Shown here: positions 29,821-39,218 of the stretch, piece by piece
Layout of the letters: the number at the start of each line of letters is the position of its first letter
Numbering within the stretch: position 1 is the first letter of the stretch
Assembly (NCBI GenBank): GCA_037441705.1
Contig: JBBIRR010000029.1
Span: forward strand, 1 to 54,865
Length of the DNA stretch: 54,865 bases
From: Ignavibacteriales bacterium
GTDB taxonomy: Bacteria > Bacteroidota > Ignavibacteria > UBA10030 > UBA6906
Direction: 5' to 3'
The notes under the pieces: generated by a model
The model's input: only the letters and a program-made list of their open reading frames with translations
Told to the model about the DNA's origin: nothing
The model's database searches: none
Made by a program: the position numbers and the translations under genes

Positions 29821-32016
29821 ATGGTAGACCAATCTAAAGTCACCTCCGGCTTTGACGTTGAATTCTTGATGGGGGAAGAGTTCATCCGTTATTTCTTGCT
29901 CTGCTCGATGGAGACCGGCTCCATCCCATGGTGGTCCGAAGCAAGCGGCGTTGACGAGAATGGCAACCCGTACCACTCCGCAACAATCACGCATCCACCT
30001 GCCGAATTGCTGGAACGACGACTCTACCCTGTGCACCCGGATTTTGCGGGCAATGAGCATCCTTTCCAGGACATAGTCAGTACCGTCTATTCGGGCCAAG
30101 CCGATGAATTCCGAGTCACCATCCTGACGGACGATACCTCCGGGGCAGACATTCTCTTGAGAGTGTTTCCCAGCGTGATCAATCTCCTGACACAGCCGCC
30201 GAGAGTGCTGTCCGAAAATCTTTTGGCTGCCGATTTGCACATCAGCTTCGATGTGGTGTTCGATACACGTCAGGACGGTCTTTTGTCCAACATCGGCGTG
30301 CAGTTGGAGTTGGTTGATGTGTCCGGTCCGTTGATTGATGCCGCCGTTTCGCTGGGATTCTCTAAAGACAAAATCCTGGAAGACATGAAAGAACAGATTG
30401 ACCGCCGTGTGCCGTTCGCGGTATCCGGCGGGAGCAGTCTGCAGCGCATTGCGACACGGAAGTTCGTGGGCGAGGATACCAGACCAAACGCCATCGGTGT
30501 GTACATCAATCTCGCTCTGCAAAACAGCCCGGAGCCGGGTTCCCTTCTTCCTGACCGCGGGGACATCACCCTTGCGCAGAATTTTCTGGAACCAGAAGCC
30601 CGGATGGCGTTCGCATTCCCGGCCGAAACATACTCGCGGCTCTCCGATGACTTCAAGTTCAAGATGGCGGTACCCAAACCCGACGATCCCGGTGAGTTCC
30701 ACTATCCTATCATGGACGGCGACAAGAAGGTGGGGGTGATTAAGGGGATTTCGGTTCGGCCTGAAGTCATTGGCTCACCACCGGCATTCGCAAATGTGTT
30801 GGTGATCGACATCCATGGCGAGTACGAAATCGAAAACTTCTTCGACCCGGATTTTCACCTCCGCATCCGGCTCGTGCCGAAGGTAGAAGACAACGGCGTT
30901 TTCGATTTTGAAGTAGATATTGATCTATCGCTGAGTGTTGCTGCGTACCTGGTGGCTATTTTCTTGACCACGGCTTTGACGTTTGTCTTTCCGAAGCTTG
31001 GCTTGTCGTTGCTGTTTATGTCGCTCATAACCCTCAAGATCGTCGAGCGTGTGGGTAAAAGCGTCGCGCAGTCTGCGGTCCAGGAGCAGTTGGATCGAAC
31101 GTCATTCCTCGACACCCTCCCCCACAAACTCACCGTCGAGGTTCGACGCTGGGATCCGTTGTACTTCACGCTCCACCGTGTAGAAACCGCCGACGTTCAG
31201 ATTCGCGTCAACGATCACGGTTTTGCGTTCGATGCCAGGAATGTTTTTGTGGGCCGAAAATTTCAACCGCTGCAGAACATGGTGATTCGATCCGAGACGC
31301 GAGACGCCGATAACGCAGTGAACGGCCTGCTCTACCGCGCCAACGATATCGGTTCCTATCTCAACAACGATCTTGTGAACGTTTTCCCCGCCACGGACCG
31401 CATGCCGTATATGGAGCTTCTGCCGCCGCAGGGTGATATCGAATCGCACCGTGTACTGCTGTCTCTGGATCAAGTGCAGGAACGCATGGAAGCGAAAGAC
31501 CGTCACGTCAAAGAGTTGGATTACATCCCCAAGAAAGTTCACGTGATCGAGAACCAGATCTACCAGATTCTGGCGATCTCCCAAACGGAAATTCCTGAGA
31601 TCGAGGGCCTCACCCGCAGTCGGTTCCGGAACGAACTTCGCGCAACCCGCGGCGCGGAATTTCGCCAGCAGGCTATTGCCGAGCTGACGGCCGAGTTGGG
31701 CCGGACACCCACCGAAGAGGAGATCACCGCTCGCTTCAATGAAATACTGGAGAGGGCCGTGAACAGCGGATTTCGAGGCCGATTCCTGATCGAACTCGAC
31801 AACCGGATGAGATTCGATCTGGAGCCGCACGAGTTTGCCGACCTGCAGCGGCGGAAGATTCTCGTGCTCGGACGGAATCATCTCGTGATTCGACACATGA
31901 CCAAGAACGACAAGGTGACGGTGTACTACCGCGACTACGAGCGTCCGTTCGAACCCAACACCGACAAGAGCGACAACTTGCTGTCTCTGCCGAGATATGT
32001 GCACGCGGAAGCCTGA
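29821..32016 (+). CDS. Hypothetical 731-aa protein with central hydrophobic hairpin and DUF3892-like C-terminal motif
   Basis: AAGGAG RBS, long ORF; no signal peptide; C-terminal YYRD...DNLLSLPRY. Confidence 0.75.
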   Translation: MVDQSKVTSGFDVEFLMGEEFIRYFLLCSMETGSIPWWSEASGVDENGNPYHSATITHPPAELLERRLYPVHPDFAGNEHPFQDIVSTVYSGQADEFRVTILTDDTSGADILLRVFPSVINLLTQPPRVLSENLLAADLHISFDVVFDTRQDGLLSNIGVQLELVDVSGPLIDAAVSLGFSKDKILEDMKEQIDRRVPFAVSGGSSLQRIATRKFVGEDTRPNAIGVYINLALQNSPEPGSLLPDRGDITLAQNFLEPEARMAFAFPAETYSRLSDDFKFKMAVPKPDDPGEFHYPIMDGDKKVGVIKGISVRPEVIGSPPAFANVLVIDIHGEYEIENFFDPDFHLRIRLVPKVEDNGVFDFEVDIDLSLSVAAYLVAIFLTTALTFVFPKLGLSLLFMSLITLKIVERVGKSVAQSAVQEQLDRTSFLDTLPHKLTVEVRRWDPLYFTLHRVETADVQIRVNDHGFAFDARNVFVGRKFQPLQNMVIRSETRDADNAVNGLLYRANDIGSYLNNDLVNVFPATDRMPYMELLPPQGDIESHRVLLSLDQVQERMEAKDRHVKELDYIPKKVHVIENQIYQILAISQTEIPEIEGLTRSRFRNELRATRGAEFRQQAIAELTAELGRTPTEEEITARFNEILERAVNSGFRGRFLIELDNRMRFDLEPHEFADLQRRKILVLGRNHLVIRHMTKNDKVTVYYRDYERPFEPNTDKSDNLLSLPRYVHAEA

Positions 32017-32114
32017 TCGACGCACAAATTCCAGATTACCGTGCAGGCGCTTGAGCTCTTCACGGGGTTCAGCGCCTCTTGCACTCTCAAATGCAGTCGC
32101 CTGTGGGTAAGCCC

Positions 32115-32143
32115 TTGCATCTCGCCCCCCGTCTTCGTATCTT
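32115..32143 (+). promoter_or_regulatory. Sigma70-type promoter of rimP-nusA-infB operon
   Basis: TTGCAT-N17-TATCTT. Confidence 0.5.
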
Positions 32144-32158
32144 AGTTCGCCCCAGAAG

Positions 32159-32184
32159 TAGCCCGTCACGGGCTATTTTTGTTT
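32159..32184 (+). promoter_or_regulatory. rimP leader attenuator-like hairpin
   Basis: TAGCCC-GTCAC-GGGCTA followed by TTTTTGTTT between the promoter and rimP; such leader hairpins are widespread upstream of rimP. Confidence 0.7.
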
Positions 32185-32224
32185 GGGTGGTTTGAAGTAC
32201 CCCCGGAAAAACGTTGTTTTTGCA

Positions 32225-32659
32225 ATGGTGAGTCAGGATTTGGTGCCCCTCGTTGCCCCGTGCTGCGAGCTGCATCATGCGCACCTCATCGAAGTTGTCT
32301 TGCGGGGAAAGCATGCGCGCCCCGTCGTCGAAGTTTTTGTCGACGCCGAGGAAGGAGTTACCAGCGACCTCTGCTCGGCAATCAGTCGCGATGTGGGGAA
32401 GGCGTTGGATACGCTGAGTGGATTTCCCGAGACGTACACCTTGATCGTCTCGTCACCGGGCATCGAGCGGCCGCTGCAGTTTCTATGGCAATATCGAAAA
32501 CACATTGGGCGAAAACTGATCGTGAGGATACAGGGAAGCGAGCAGCAGGGCACGCTGCGCGCCGTAGGAGAAGATACCATTACGCTGGAGTCATCCGAGG
32601 GAAGCAAGGAGATTGCCTTCGGCTCGATTGAGTGGGCGGTGGTGAAGGCTCCCTGGTAA
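32225..32659 (+). CDS. rimP: Ribosome maturation factor RimP
   Basis: VFVDAEEGV...CSAISR...YTLIVSSPGIERPL; upstream of nusA; start uncertain (alternative 32183). Confidence 0.92.
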   Translation: MVSQDLVPLVAPCCELHHAHLIEVVLRGKHARPVVEVFVDAEEGVTSDLCSAISRDVGKALDTLSGFPETYTLIVSSPGIERPLQFLWQYRKHIGRKLIVRIQGSEQQGTLRAVGEDTITLESSEGSKEIAFGSIEWAVVKAPW

Positions 32660-32693
32660 GGCTTGTAGAACATTTCATTTTGTGGAGGTTGTA

Positions 32694-34145
32694 ATGAATT
32701 CCGAGATTGTCGAGTCCTTTGCGTCGATGGTGCGTGAGAAGGGCATCGATAAAGACATGCTTGCAGGCATCGTCGAAGAAGTCTTTTCGATGCTCGTCAA
32801 GAAGAAATACGGGCCGGACGTGAACTTCTCTGTTGTCGTTAACATGGACAAGGGGGATATTGAAATCTTCCGTATTCGGGAAGTCGTGGAAAAAGTGGAG
32901 AACCCGGTCACGCAAATCGATGTCGAGACTGCGCGCGAACTCTCGGGCGAAGACATGCCGGTGGGAGAGGAGTATGCCGAAGTGGTGGACCTCAGCGCCT
33001 TCGGGCGCCGGCTCATCGTTAGCGCAAAGCAGACACTCAACCAGAAGATCAAAGAAATTGAACGCGAGAATATCTTCAACGAGTACAGCAACGCGATAGG
33101 AGAGATTGTTGTTGGAGAGATCTACCAGATCCGCCGCGACGAAATCCTGATCAATCACAATCGGAACGAGTTGGTTCTTCCCAAAAAGGAACAGATCTTC
33201 AAAGAGCGCTACAAGAAAGGGGAGAGCATCCGCGCGGTGATCAAGGAGGTGAAAAGGGTCGGCGGCAACCCGGTGGTGATTGTTTCGCGCGCCGATCCGC
33301 AGTTCCTCATCAAACTGTTCGAGATGGAAATTCCTGAAATCTACGACGGCATCATCGAGATCAAGGCGATTGCCCGCGAACCCGGCGAGCGCGCAAAGGT
33401 CGCCGTCGAGTCGCATGACGACCGCATCGATGCCGTGGGCGCCTGCGTCGGCATGAAGGGCGTCCGCATCCACACGATTGTGCGCGAGCTGAACAATGAG
33501 AACATCGACGTCATTAACTACAGCGACCAGCCCGCAGTCTTCATCCAGCGCGCCCTGGCTCCGGCGAAGCTGAAGGGAATCGAAGTGGACGAGCAGACCA
33601 AAACGGCCAACGTCATCGTCTCGCAGGACCAGGTGTCGCTTGCCATCGGTCGCAACGGGCAGAACATCAGGCTCGCCTCGAAGCTCACCGGTTACGAGAT
33701 CAACCTGATCAAGGAAGGTGGCGAAGAGGAGTATGATATCGAGCTGGTGGAATTCAAAGAGGAACTCGGCGAGGACCTTTATGAGAAGCTGGTCGAGAAA
33801 GGAATGGAAACGGCCACCGACGTCATCAATGCGAAGCTGGATACCTTGCTGGAGATTGAAGGCCTGACGGAGGAGAAGGTGAAGGAACTGCGCGAGATGA
33901 TGCAGCGCGGGTTGGAAGAGGCAGAAGTTGAAGAGGAGGAGGAAGAAGAGGACGAAGAAGAGGTCGAGGTGGACGAGCAGGATGAAGACGAGGAAGAAGA
34001 AGAAGAGGAATCTGAAGAGGAAGCTCAGGAAGCCCGCGAGGTGAAAGCAGAGGAAGTGACCGCGGCACCTGAAGAGGCACCCGCATCACAGGACGAAGCC
34101 TCAGCAAAACAACCAGCCTCGGAGGAATCACCGGAATCGAAATAG
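32694..34145 (+). CDS. nusA: Transcription termination/antitermination factor NusA
   Basis: FGRRLIVSAKQ, S1 and KH domains (AREPGERAKVAV, GACVGMKGVR, AIGRNGQN); acidic C-terminal tail. Confidence 0.97.
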   Translation: MNSEIVESFASMVREKGIDKDMLAGIVEEVFSMLVKKKYGPDVNFSVVVNMDKGDIEIFRIREVVEKVENPVTQIDVETARELSGEDMPVGEEYAEVVDLSAFGRRLIVSAKQTLNQKIKEIERENIFNEYSNAIGEIVVGEIYQIRRDEILINHNRNELVLPKKEQIFKERYKKGESIRAVIKEVKRVGGNPVVIVSRADPQFLIKLFEMEIPEIYDGIIEIKAIAREPGERAKVAVESHDDRIDAVGACVGMKGVRIHTIVRELNNENIDVINYSDQPAVFIQRALAPAKLKGIEVDEQTKTANVIVSQDQVSLAIGRNGQNIRLASKLTGYEINLIKEGGEEEYDIELVEFKEELGEDLYEKLVEKGMETATDVINAKLDTLLEIEGLTEEKVKELREMMQRGLEEAEVEEEEEEEDEEEVEVDEQDEDEEEEEEESEEEAQEAREVKAEEVTAAPEEAPASQDEASAKQPASEESPESK

Positions 34146-34184
34146 CTGTTCCGCAACGGATGATGCGCCATATAAAGGAAACGA

Positions 34185-36881
34185 ATGGCTGAGATAGTCG
34201 AAAAGAAAAAGAAGATCTACACGGTTGCAACCGAGTTGAACCTCTCTCACCAGACTCTTATCGAGTTTCTGAAGAAGAAGGGCTACGCGGTGAAGAACCA
34301 GATGTCGTCTGTCGATGACCAGATGATGCGGGACATCCTCATCCATTTCAAGAAGGAAAAAGACGTTGCCGAGAAGCATCATCGGAAGCTGACGGAGCTG
34401 CGCGAGAGTAAGAAGAAGGCGGAGAAGAAAGTAGAGGAAGCTCCGGCGTCGCCCGCGCCTGTTGCTGTTCCGCCGCCACCGCCACCGGTTGCTGCACCCG
34501 AGCCGCCGGCTCCGCCGGAGGTTGTTGTGCCTCCGCCGCCCGTCATGCAGCCTGAAGTTGCTGAGCAGCCTCAGCCGACAGCCGCCGAGCCTGTTGCCGC
34601 AGCAGATCGCGCGGAGCCTGTGTCTGCTCCTCCGGAGCCTGCTGTTACCGAGCAGACACCGGTTGAAGAGGTCAAGAAGGAAGAAGAATACATTTCGCCT
34701 CTGGAGAAAGAGCGTCGCACGCGCATCGGGCTGACGGTCAAGGGAAAGATTGATCTCACGGCTATCAAGAAACCCGGGAGAAAGAAAGCGGCCGAGCCGA
34801 AAGGAGAGGTCGTGGAAGAAGAACCCGGCGGCGTTCTTGTTACGCCTGAAGAGGAAGCTCACAAGAAGAAGAAAAAGAAGAAGAAGGTACGCGGAGCAGA
34901 AACTCCGGAAGCGGCGGCCGAGGTCGACGTCCTCGATCGCAAGAAAAAGAAGAAGAAGAAACTCCGCCACAAGGAAATCGATCAGGCGGAGGTAAAGGAT
35001 GCTATCCGGCGGACGTTTGCCGCGATGGAGGACACACCGTTGGTCAGTCGCGCAACGTTCAAGAAGCGCAAGCGCAAGGAACGCGAAGAGGAAGAGCAGC
35101 GCTTGTTAGAGCAGGCTGAGCGTGAGAAGGGCAAACTGCGTGTTACCGAGTTTGTCTCGGTGAACGACCTCGCTAACCTTATGCAGGTGAACGTCGCCGA
35201 CGTGATCAAAAAGTGCATCGAGCTGGGGATGATGGTGTCCATCAACCAGCGGTTGGATAAGGACACGATCACGCTCGTAGCCGACGAGTTCGGCTACGAG
35301 ATCAGCTTCTATGAGGAGATCACCGAAGAAGAGGTTCTTGTAGATAAAGAGGATCCTCCGGAGAGCCTCCAGCGCCGACCGCCGGTGGTAACGATCATGG
35401 GCCACGTCGATCACGGCAAGACATCGTTGCTGGACTACATTCGTCGGTCGAATGTGGTTGCGGGCGAAGCCGGAGGCATCACGCAGCACATCGGCGCCTA
35501 CGAAGTGACGACTCCGACGGGCAGCCGCATCACGTTCCTCGATACGCCGGGTCACGAGGCGTTCACGGCCATGCGTGCACGTGGAGCGAAAGTGACCGAC
35601 ATTGTTGTGTTGGTCATCGCAGCGGACGATAGCGTTATGCCTCAAACCCTCGAGGCGATCAGCCATGCGCAGGCGGCAGGGGTTCCGATTATCATCGCCA
35701 TCAACAAGGTGGATAAGCCCGACGCCAACCCCGATCGCATCCGTCAGCAGCTTGCCGAGAAGAACATTCTGGTTGAAGAATGGGGTGGAAAATACCAGTC
35801 GGTGGAACTCTCCGCCCGCACCGGAAAAAACGTTGACGTTCTCCTGGAGAAGATCGCGCTCGAAGCCGAAGTCCTCGATCTCAAAGCCAATCCCAACCGC
35901 CCGGCGGTGGGAACGATCATCGAGGCTCAGTTGGATAAGGGCAGAGGCATCACGGCGACCGTCCTGGTGCAGAAGGGGACGTTGCGCGTCGGCGATCCGT
36001 TCTTGGCCGGCATCTATTCGGGCAAGGTTCGCGCGATGTTCGACGAACGCGGCAATCGTGTCGAAGCAGCGGGTCCGTCCACGCCCGTGCAGCTTACCGG
36101 TCTGGATGGGTTCCCGCAGGCGGGCGACTCGTTTATCGTGATGGAATCCGATCGCCTTGCGCGGGAAATCAGCTTGCGGCGCCAGCAATTGAAACGGGAG
36201 CAGGACTTCCGCCAGATCCGCCTGACAACGCTCGACGATATTTCCCAGCAGATCAAACAGGGGCAGGTACAGGAGTTGAACGTCATTGTCAAAGGGGATG
36301 TGGATGGTTCGGTCGAGGCGCTGTCCGACTCGTTGATGAAGATTGATCACAAGGAAGTAAAGGTACGGGTGATTCACAAAGCGGTCGGCAGTATTTCCGA
36401 ATCCGACGTGATACTTGCTGCGGCGTCGAGCGCCGTCATCATCGGCTTCCGCGTGAGGCCCAACCTCAACGCGCGCCGTCTGGCAGAAAAAGAGAAGGTG
36501 GACATTCGTACCTATAACATCATCTACGATGCCATCAACGACGTTCGACAGGCGCTCGAAGGACTGCTTGCACCCGAGACGAAGGAAGAGATTACCGCCA
36601 CCGTCGAGGTGAGAGAAGTGTTCAAAGTCCCGAAAGTGGGCAATGTCGCCGGCTGTTACGTGCAGGACGGCACGATCATGCGCAACAACAAAGTTCGGCT
36701 CCTGCGCGACGGGATTCAGATCTTCGAGGGAGGCATCTCCTCGCTGAAGCGTTTCAAAGAAGATGTACGAGAAGTAGAAGCAGGGTTCGAGTGCGGAATC
36801 GGCCTGGATGGCTTCAACGACATCAAGGTGGGAGATGTGATTGAAGCATTCCGCATTGTAGAAATGAAACGGAAACTCTAA
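34185..36881 (+). CDS. infB: Translation initiation factor IF-2
   Basis: RPPVVTIMGHVDHGKTSLLD, DTPGHEAF, NKVD. Confidence 0.99.
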   Translation: MAEIVEKKKKIYTVATELNLSHQTLIEFLKKKGYAVKNQMSSVDDQMMRDILIHFKKEKDVAEKHHRKLTELRESKKKAEKKVEEAPASPAPVAVPPPPPPVAAPEPPAPPEVVVPPPPVMQPEVAEQPQPTAAEPVAAADRAEPVSAPPEPAVTEQTPVEEVKKEEEYISPLEKERRTRIGLTVKGKIDLTAIKKPGRKKAAEPKGEVVEEEPGGVLVTPEEEAHKKKKKKKKVRGAETPEAAAEVDVLDRKKKKKKKLRHKEIDQAEVKDAIRRTFAAMEDTPLVSRATFKKRKRKEREEEEQRLLEQAEREKGKLRVTEFVSVNDLANLMQVNVADVIKKCIELGMMVSINQRLDKDTITLVADEFGYEISFYEEITEEEVLVDKEDPPESLQRRPPVVTIMGHVDHGKTSLLDYIRRSNVVAGEAGGITQHIGAYEVTTPTGSRITFLDTPGHEAFTAMRARGAKVTDIVVLVIAADDSVMPQTLEAISHAQAAGVPIIIAINKVDKPDANPDRIRQQLAEKNILVEEWGGKYQSVELSARTGKNVDVLLEKIALEAEVLDLKANPNRPAVGTIIEAQLDKGRGITATVLVQKGTLRVGDPFLAGIYSGKVRAMFDERGNRVEAAGPSTPVQLTGLDGFPQAGDSFIVMESDRLAREISLRRQQLKREQDFRQIRLTTLDDISQQIKQGQVQELNVIVKGDVDGSVEALSDSLMKIDHKEVKVRVIHKAVGSISESDVILAAASSAVIIGFRVRPNLNARRLAEKEKVDIRTYNIIYDAINDVRQALEGLLAPETKEEITATVEVREVFKVPKVGNVAGCYVQDGTIMRNNKVRLLRDGIQIFEGGISSLKRFKEDVREVEAGFECGIGLDGFNDIKVGDVIEAFRIVEMKRKL

Positions 36882-37264
36882 TGTCCATCAGAACGGAGCG
36901 GGTGGCGTCGCTCATCAAACACGAAATCGGCGCCATAGTGCTGCGCGAGTTCAGCAGCACCGAGTACGGATTCATCACCGTCACCGACGTGCGCATGTCG
37001 CCCGATCTGAAGATTGCCAAAGTCTATTTCAGCATCTTCGGCTCGGTGGAGAAGCAGGCAAAAACCATGGAGATGCTGGAGGACCAGAAGCAGCATATCC
37101 GCGGCGAGGTTGCTCATCGGGTGCGACTGAAGTTTGCACCGGCGCTGCACTTCTTCCAGGACACGACGATGGAAGAAGCCGATAAGATCAACCGACTCAT
37201 CAAACAAATCCACCAACGCGACGGATCACATGACGGGGAAGCTGAACCGGGAACTGAACGTTGA
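36881..37264 (+). CDS. rbfA: Ribosome-binding factor A
   Basis: RTERVASLIK, ITVTDVRMSPDLKIAKVY; synteny. Confidence 0.96.
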   Translation: MSIRTERVASLIKHEIGAIVLREFSSTEYGFITVTDVRMSPDLKIAKVYFSIFGSVEKQAKTMEMLEDQKQHIRGEVAHRVRLKFAPALHFFQDTTMEEADKINRLIKQIHQRDGSHDGEAEPGTER

Positions 37265-37925
37265 GGCCGGAGAAGTTTTCCTCGTGGACAAACCGCCCGA
37301 GTGGACATCGTTTGACGTCGTGAACAAGATGCGGCGCATTTTTCGCATCAGGCGTATCGGGCATGCGGGTACGCTCGACAGGAGTGCAACGGGGCTGTTG
37401 ATTGTGTGCACGGGCAAGAAAACCCGGGAGCTCGCAGCCTATCAAGCGTGGGAAAAGGAGTATGACGTAACGATGCGGCTGGGCGAACGAACGGAAAGCT
37501 TTGATGCGGAAACGCCGGTTGTGGAACGCCGTGATATCGGCATGCTCAATGAGGCGACCATTCGTTCGACGATCGGACGATTCGTTGGCCCGCAAACGCA
37601 GGTGCCGCCCATGTGGTCGGCGGCGAAGGTGAAGGGCAAGCCGCTGTACCGCTACGCGCGAAAAGGAATTGAAGTCCCGCGCAAGGAGCGTGAGGTGGTC
37701 GTGAAAAGTATCGTGGTGAACGCCATAGCTCTGCCCGATGTCGCGATGACGGTCGTTTGCAGCAAGGGGACCTACATCCGCACGTTGGTGAACGACATCG
37801 GGAACGCCTTAGGCGTGGGAGCCCATGTGGTACGATTGCGAAGAACCCGCATCGGGTCGTATCACGTCAACGACGCATTGACGATTGCCGACCTCATGCA
37901 ATACAAAGCTGCTCATTCTGATTGA
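37230..37925 (+). CDS. truB: tRNA pseudouridine(55) synthase
   Basis: VDKPPEWTSFDVV, GHAGTLD, CSKGTYIRTL, LRRTRIG. Confidence 0.96.
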   Translation: MTGKLNRELNVEAGEVFLVDKPPEWTSFDVVNKMRRIFRIRRIGHAGTLDRSATGLLIVCTGKKTRELAAYQAWEKEYDVTMRLGERTESFDAETPVVERRDIGMLNEATIRSTIGRFVGPQTQVPPMWSAAKVKGKPLYRYARKGIEVPRKEREVVVKSIVVNAIALPDVAMTVVCSKGTYIRTLVNDIGNALGVGAHVVRLRRTRIGSYHVNDALTIADLMQYKAAHSD

Positions 37926-37929
37926 GAGT

Positions 37930-38868
37930 ATGCAGGTTGCACGATCCATCGAAGAGGTTGCGAAGGACGCCAACTCTGTCGTGACGGTGGGGACGTTCGA
38001 CGGTGTGCATCTGGCGCATCAGGAGATTATCCGTGAGGTGGTGCATCGCGCACAGATGAAGGAGGGGCGCAGCGTGGTGGTGACGTTCGATCCTCATCCC
38101 AAAGAAGTGGTCGGAACATTTGCCGATCCGATTCACCTGCTGACGACGATGGACGAGCGGATCGAGTTGCTGCGTGCGTTGCAGATCGACATCTTGCTGA
38201 TTCTGCACTTCACGTATGAGTTTTCGCGGCAAAGCGCGCGGGCGTTCTATGAACGATATCTTGTCCACGGCACAGGCGTAAGCGAGGTTGTCGTCGGCTA
38301 CGATCATATGTTCGGGCGGGATCGGCAAGGGACGATCGAAGAGCTTGTGCGGATGGGCAAAGAGTTCGACTTCTCGGTGTTCGCCTTTCATCAGTACACC
38401 GTGAACGGAGAGGTGGTGAGCAGTACGCAGGTACGCCGGGCGCTTCTGGCGGGAGATGTGGAAAAAGCACGCGCCTTTCTGGGACGGCCGTACTCGCTGC
38501 GCGGGACGGTGATCGTGGGGGACAGGCGAGGTAAGACCATCGGCTTCCCGACGGCGAACCTTAACCCGCAGGGAGCGAACAAGCTCATTCCTGCGCGCGG
38601 CGTCTATCTCGTCGGCGTCACGCTCGAAGGCGAGCACCGCTACGGAATGATGAACATCGGCGTACGCCCGACGTTGACCGACGGGATGCGTCAGACGATG
38701 GAAGTGCATCTGTTCGACTTCGATCAGGATATCTACGGGAAAGAGCTGACCGTTCGTTTCCTGAAGCGGCTGCGAAACGAGCGGAAGTTTGCGTCGCTTG
38801 AAGAACTGGCCGCCCAGCTTGATGCCGATAAGGCGCACTCGCTCAAACTGATCGCCGAGTTGAGCTGA
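37930..38868 (+). CDS. ribF: Bifunctional riboflavin kinase/FAD synthetase
   Basis: GTFDGVHLAH, GFPTAN, NIGVRPT, LRNERKF. Confidence 0.96.
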   Translation: MQVARSIEEVAKDANSVVTVGTFDGVHLAHQEIIREVVHRAQMKEGRSVVVTFDPHPKEVVGTFADPIHLLTTMDERIELLRALQIDILLILHFTYEFSRQSARAFYERYLVHGTGVSEVVVGYDHMFGRDRQGTIEELVRMGKEFDFSVFAFHQYTVNGEVVSSTQVRRALLAGDVEKARAFLGRPYSLRGTVIVGDRRGKTIGFPTANLNPQGANKLIPARGVYLVGVTLEGEHRYGMMNIGVRPTLTDGMRQTMEVHLFDFDQDIYGKELTVRFLKRLRNERKFASLEELAAQLDADKAHSLKLIAELS

Positions 38869-38915
38869 CGACGATAACACGTGTATCATTTTGACTAACT
38901 CAGGAGCAAAACCCC

Positions 38916-39185
38916 ATGGCATTAACCAAAGAGCAAAAGGCGGAAATCATCAGGAAGTACGGACGAAGCGAGAAGGACACCGGGACACCCGAAGTACAGA
39001 TTGCCCTTCTCACGGCGCGCATCAACGAGTTGGCGCCGCATTTCGACCGACACAAGAAGGATCACCACTCGCGTGTCGGATTGCTTCGCATGGTCGGCAA
39101 GCGCCGCCGCTTGCTGGATTATTTGCAGGAGAAGGACATTGAACGGTACAGAAAGCTGATCACGGAACTGCAGATCAGAAAATAA
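38916..39185 (+). CDS. rpsO: 30S ribosomal protein S15
   Basis: [13 protein letters not shown]...[12 protein letters not shown], 89 aa. Confidence 0.99.
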   Translation: MALTKEQKAEIIRKYGRSEKDTGTPEVQIALLTARINELAPHFDRHKKDHHSRVGLLRMVGKRRRLLDYLQEKDIERYRKLITELQIRK

Positions 39186-39218
39186 TCTTACACTCAATCA
39201 GAAAGATGAAGTGATTGT

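Noticed and set aside
38869-38915. S15 autoregulatory leader
   Set aside because: Spacer is short and no convincing structure could be identified by eye
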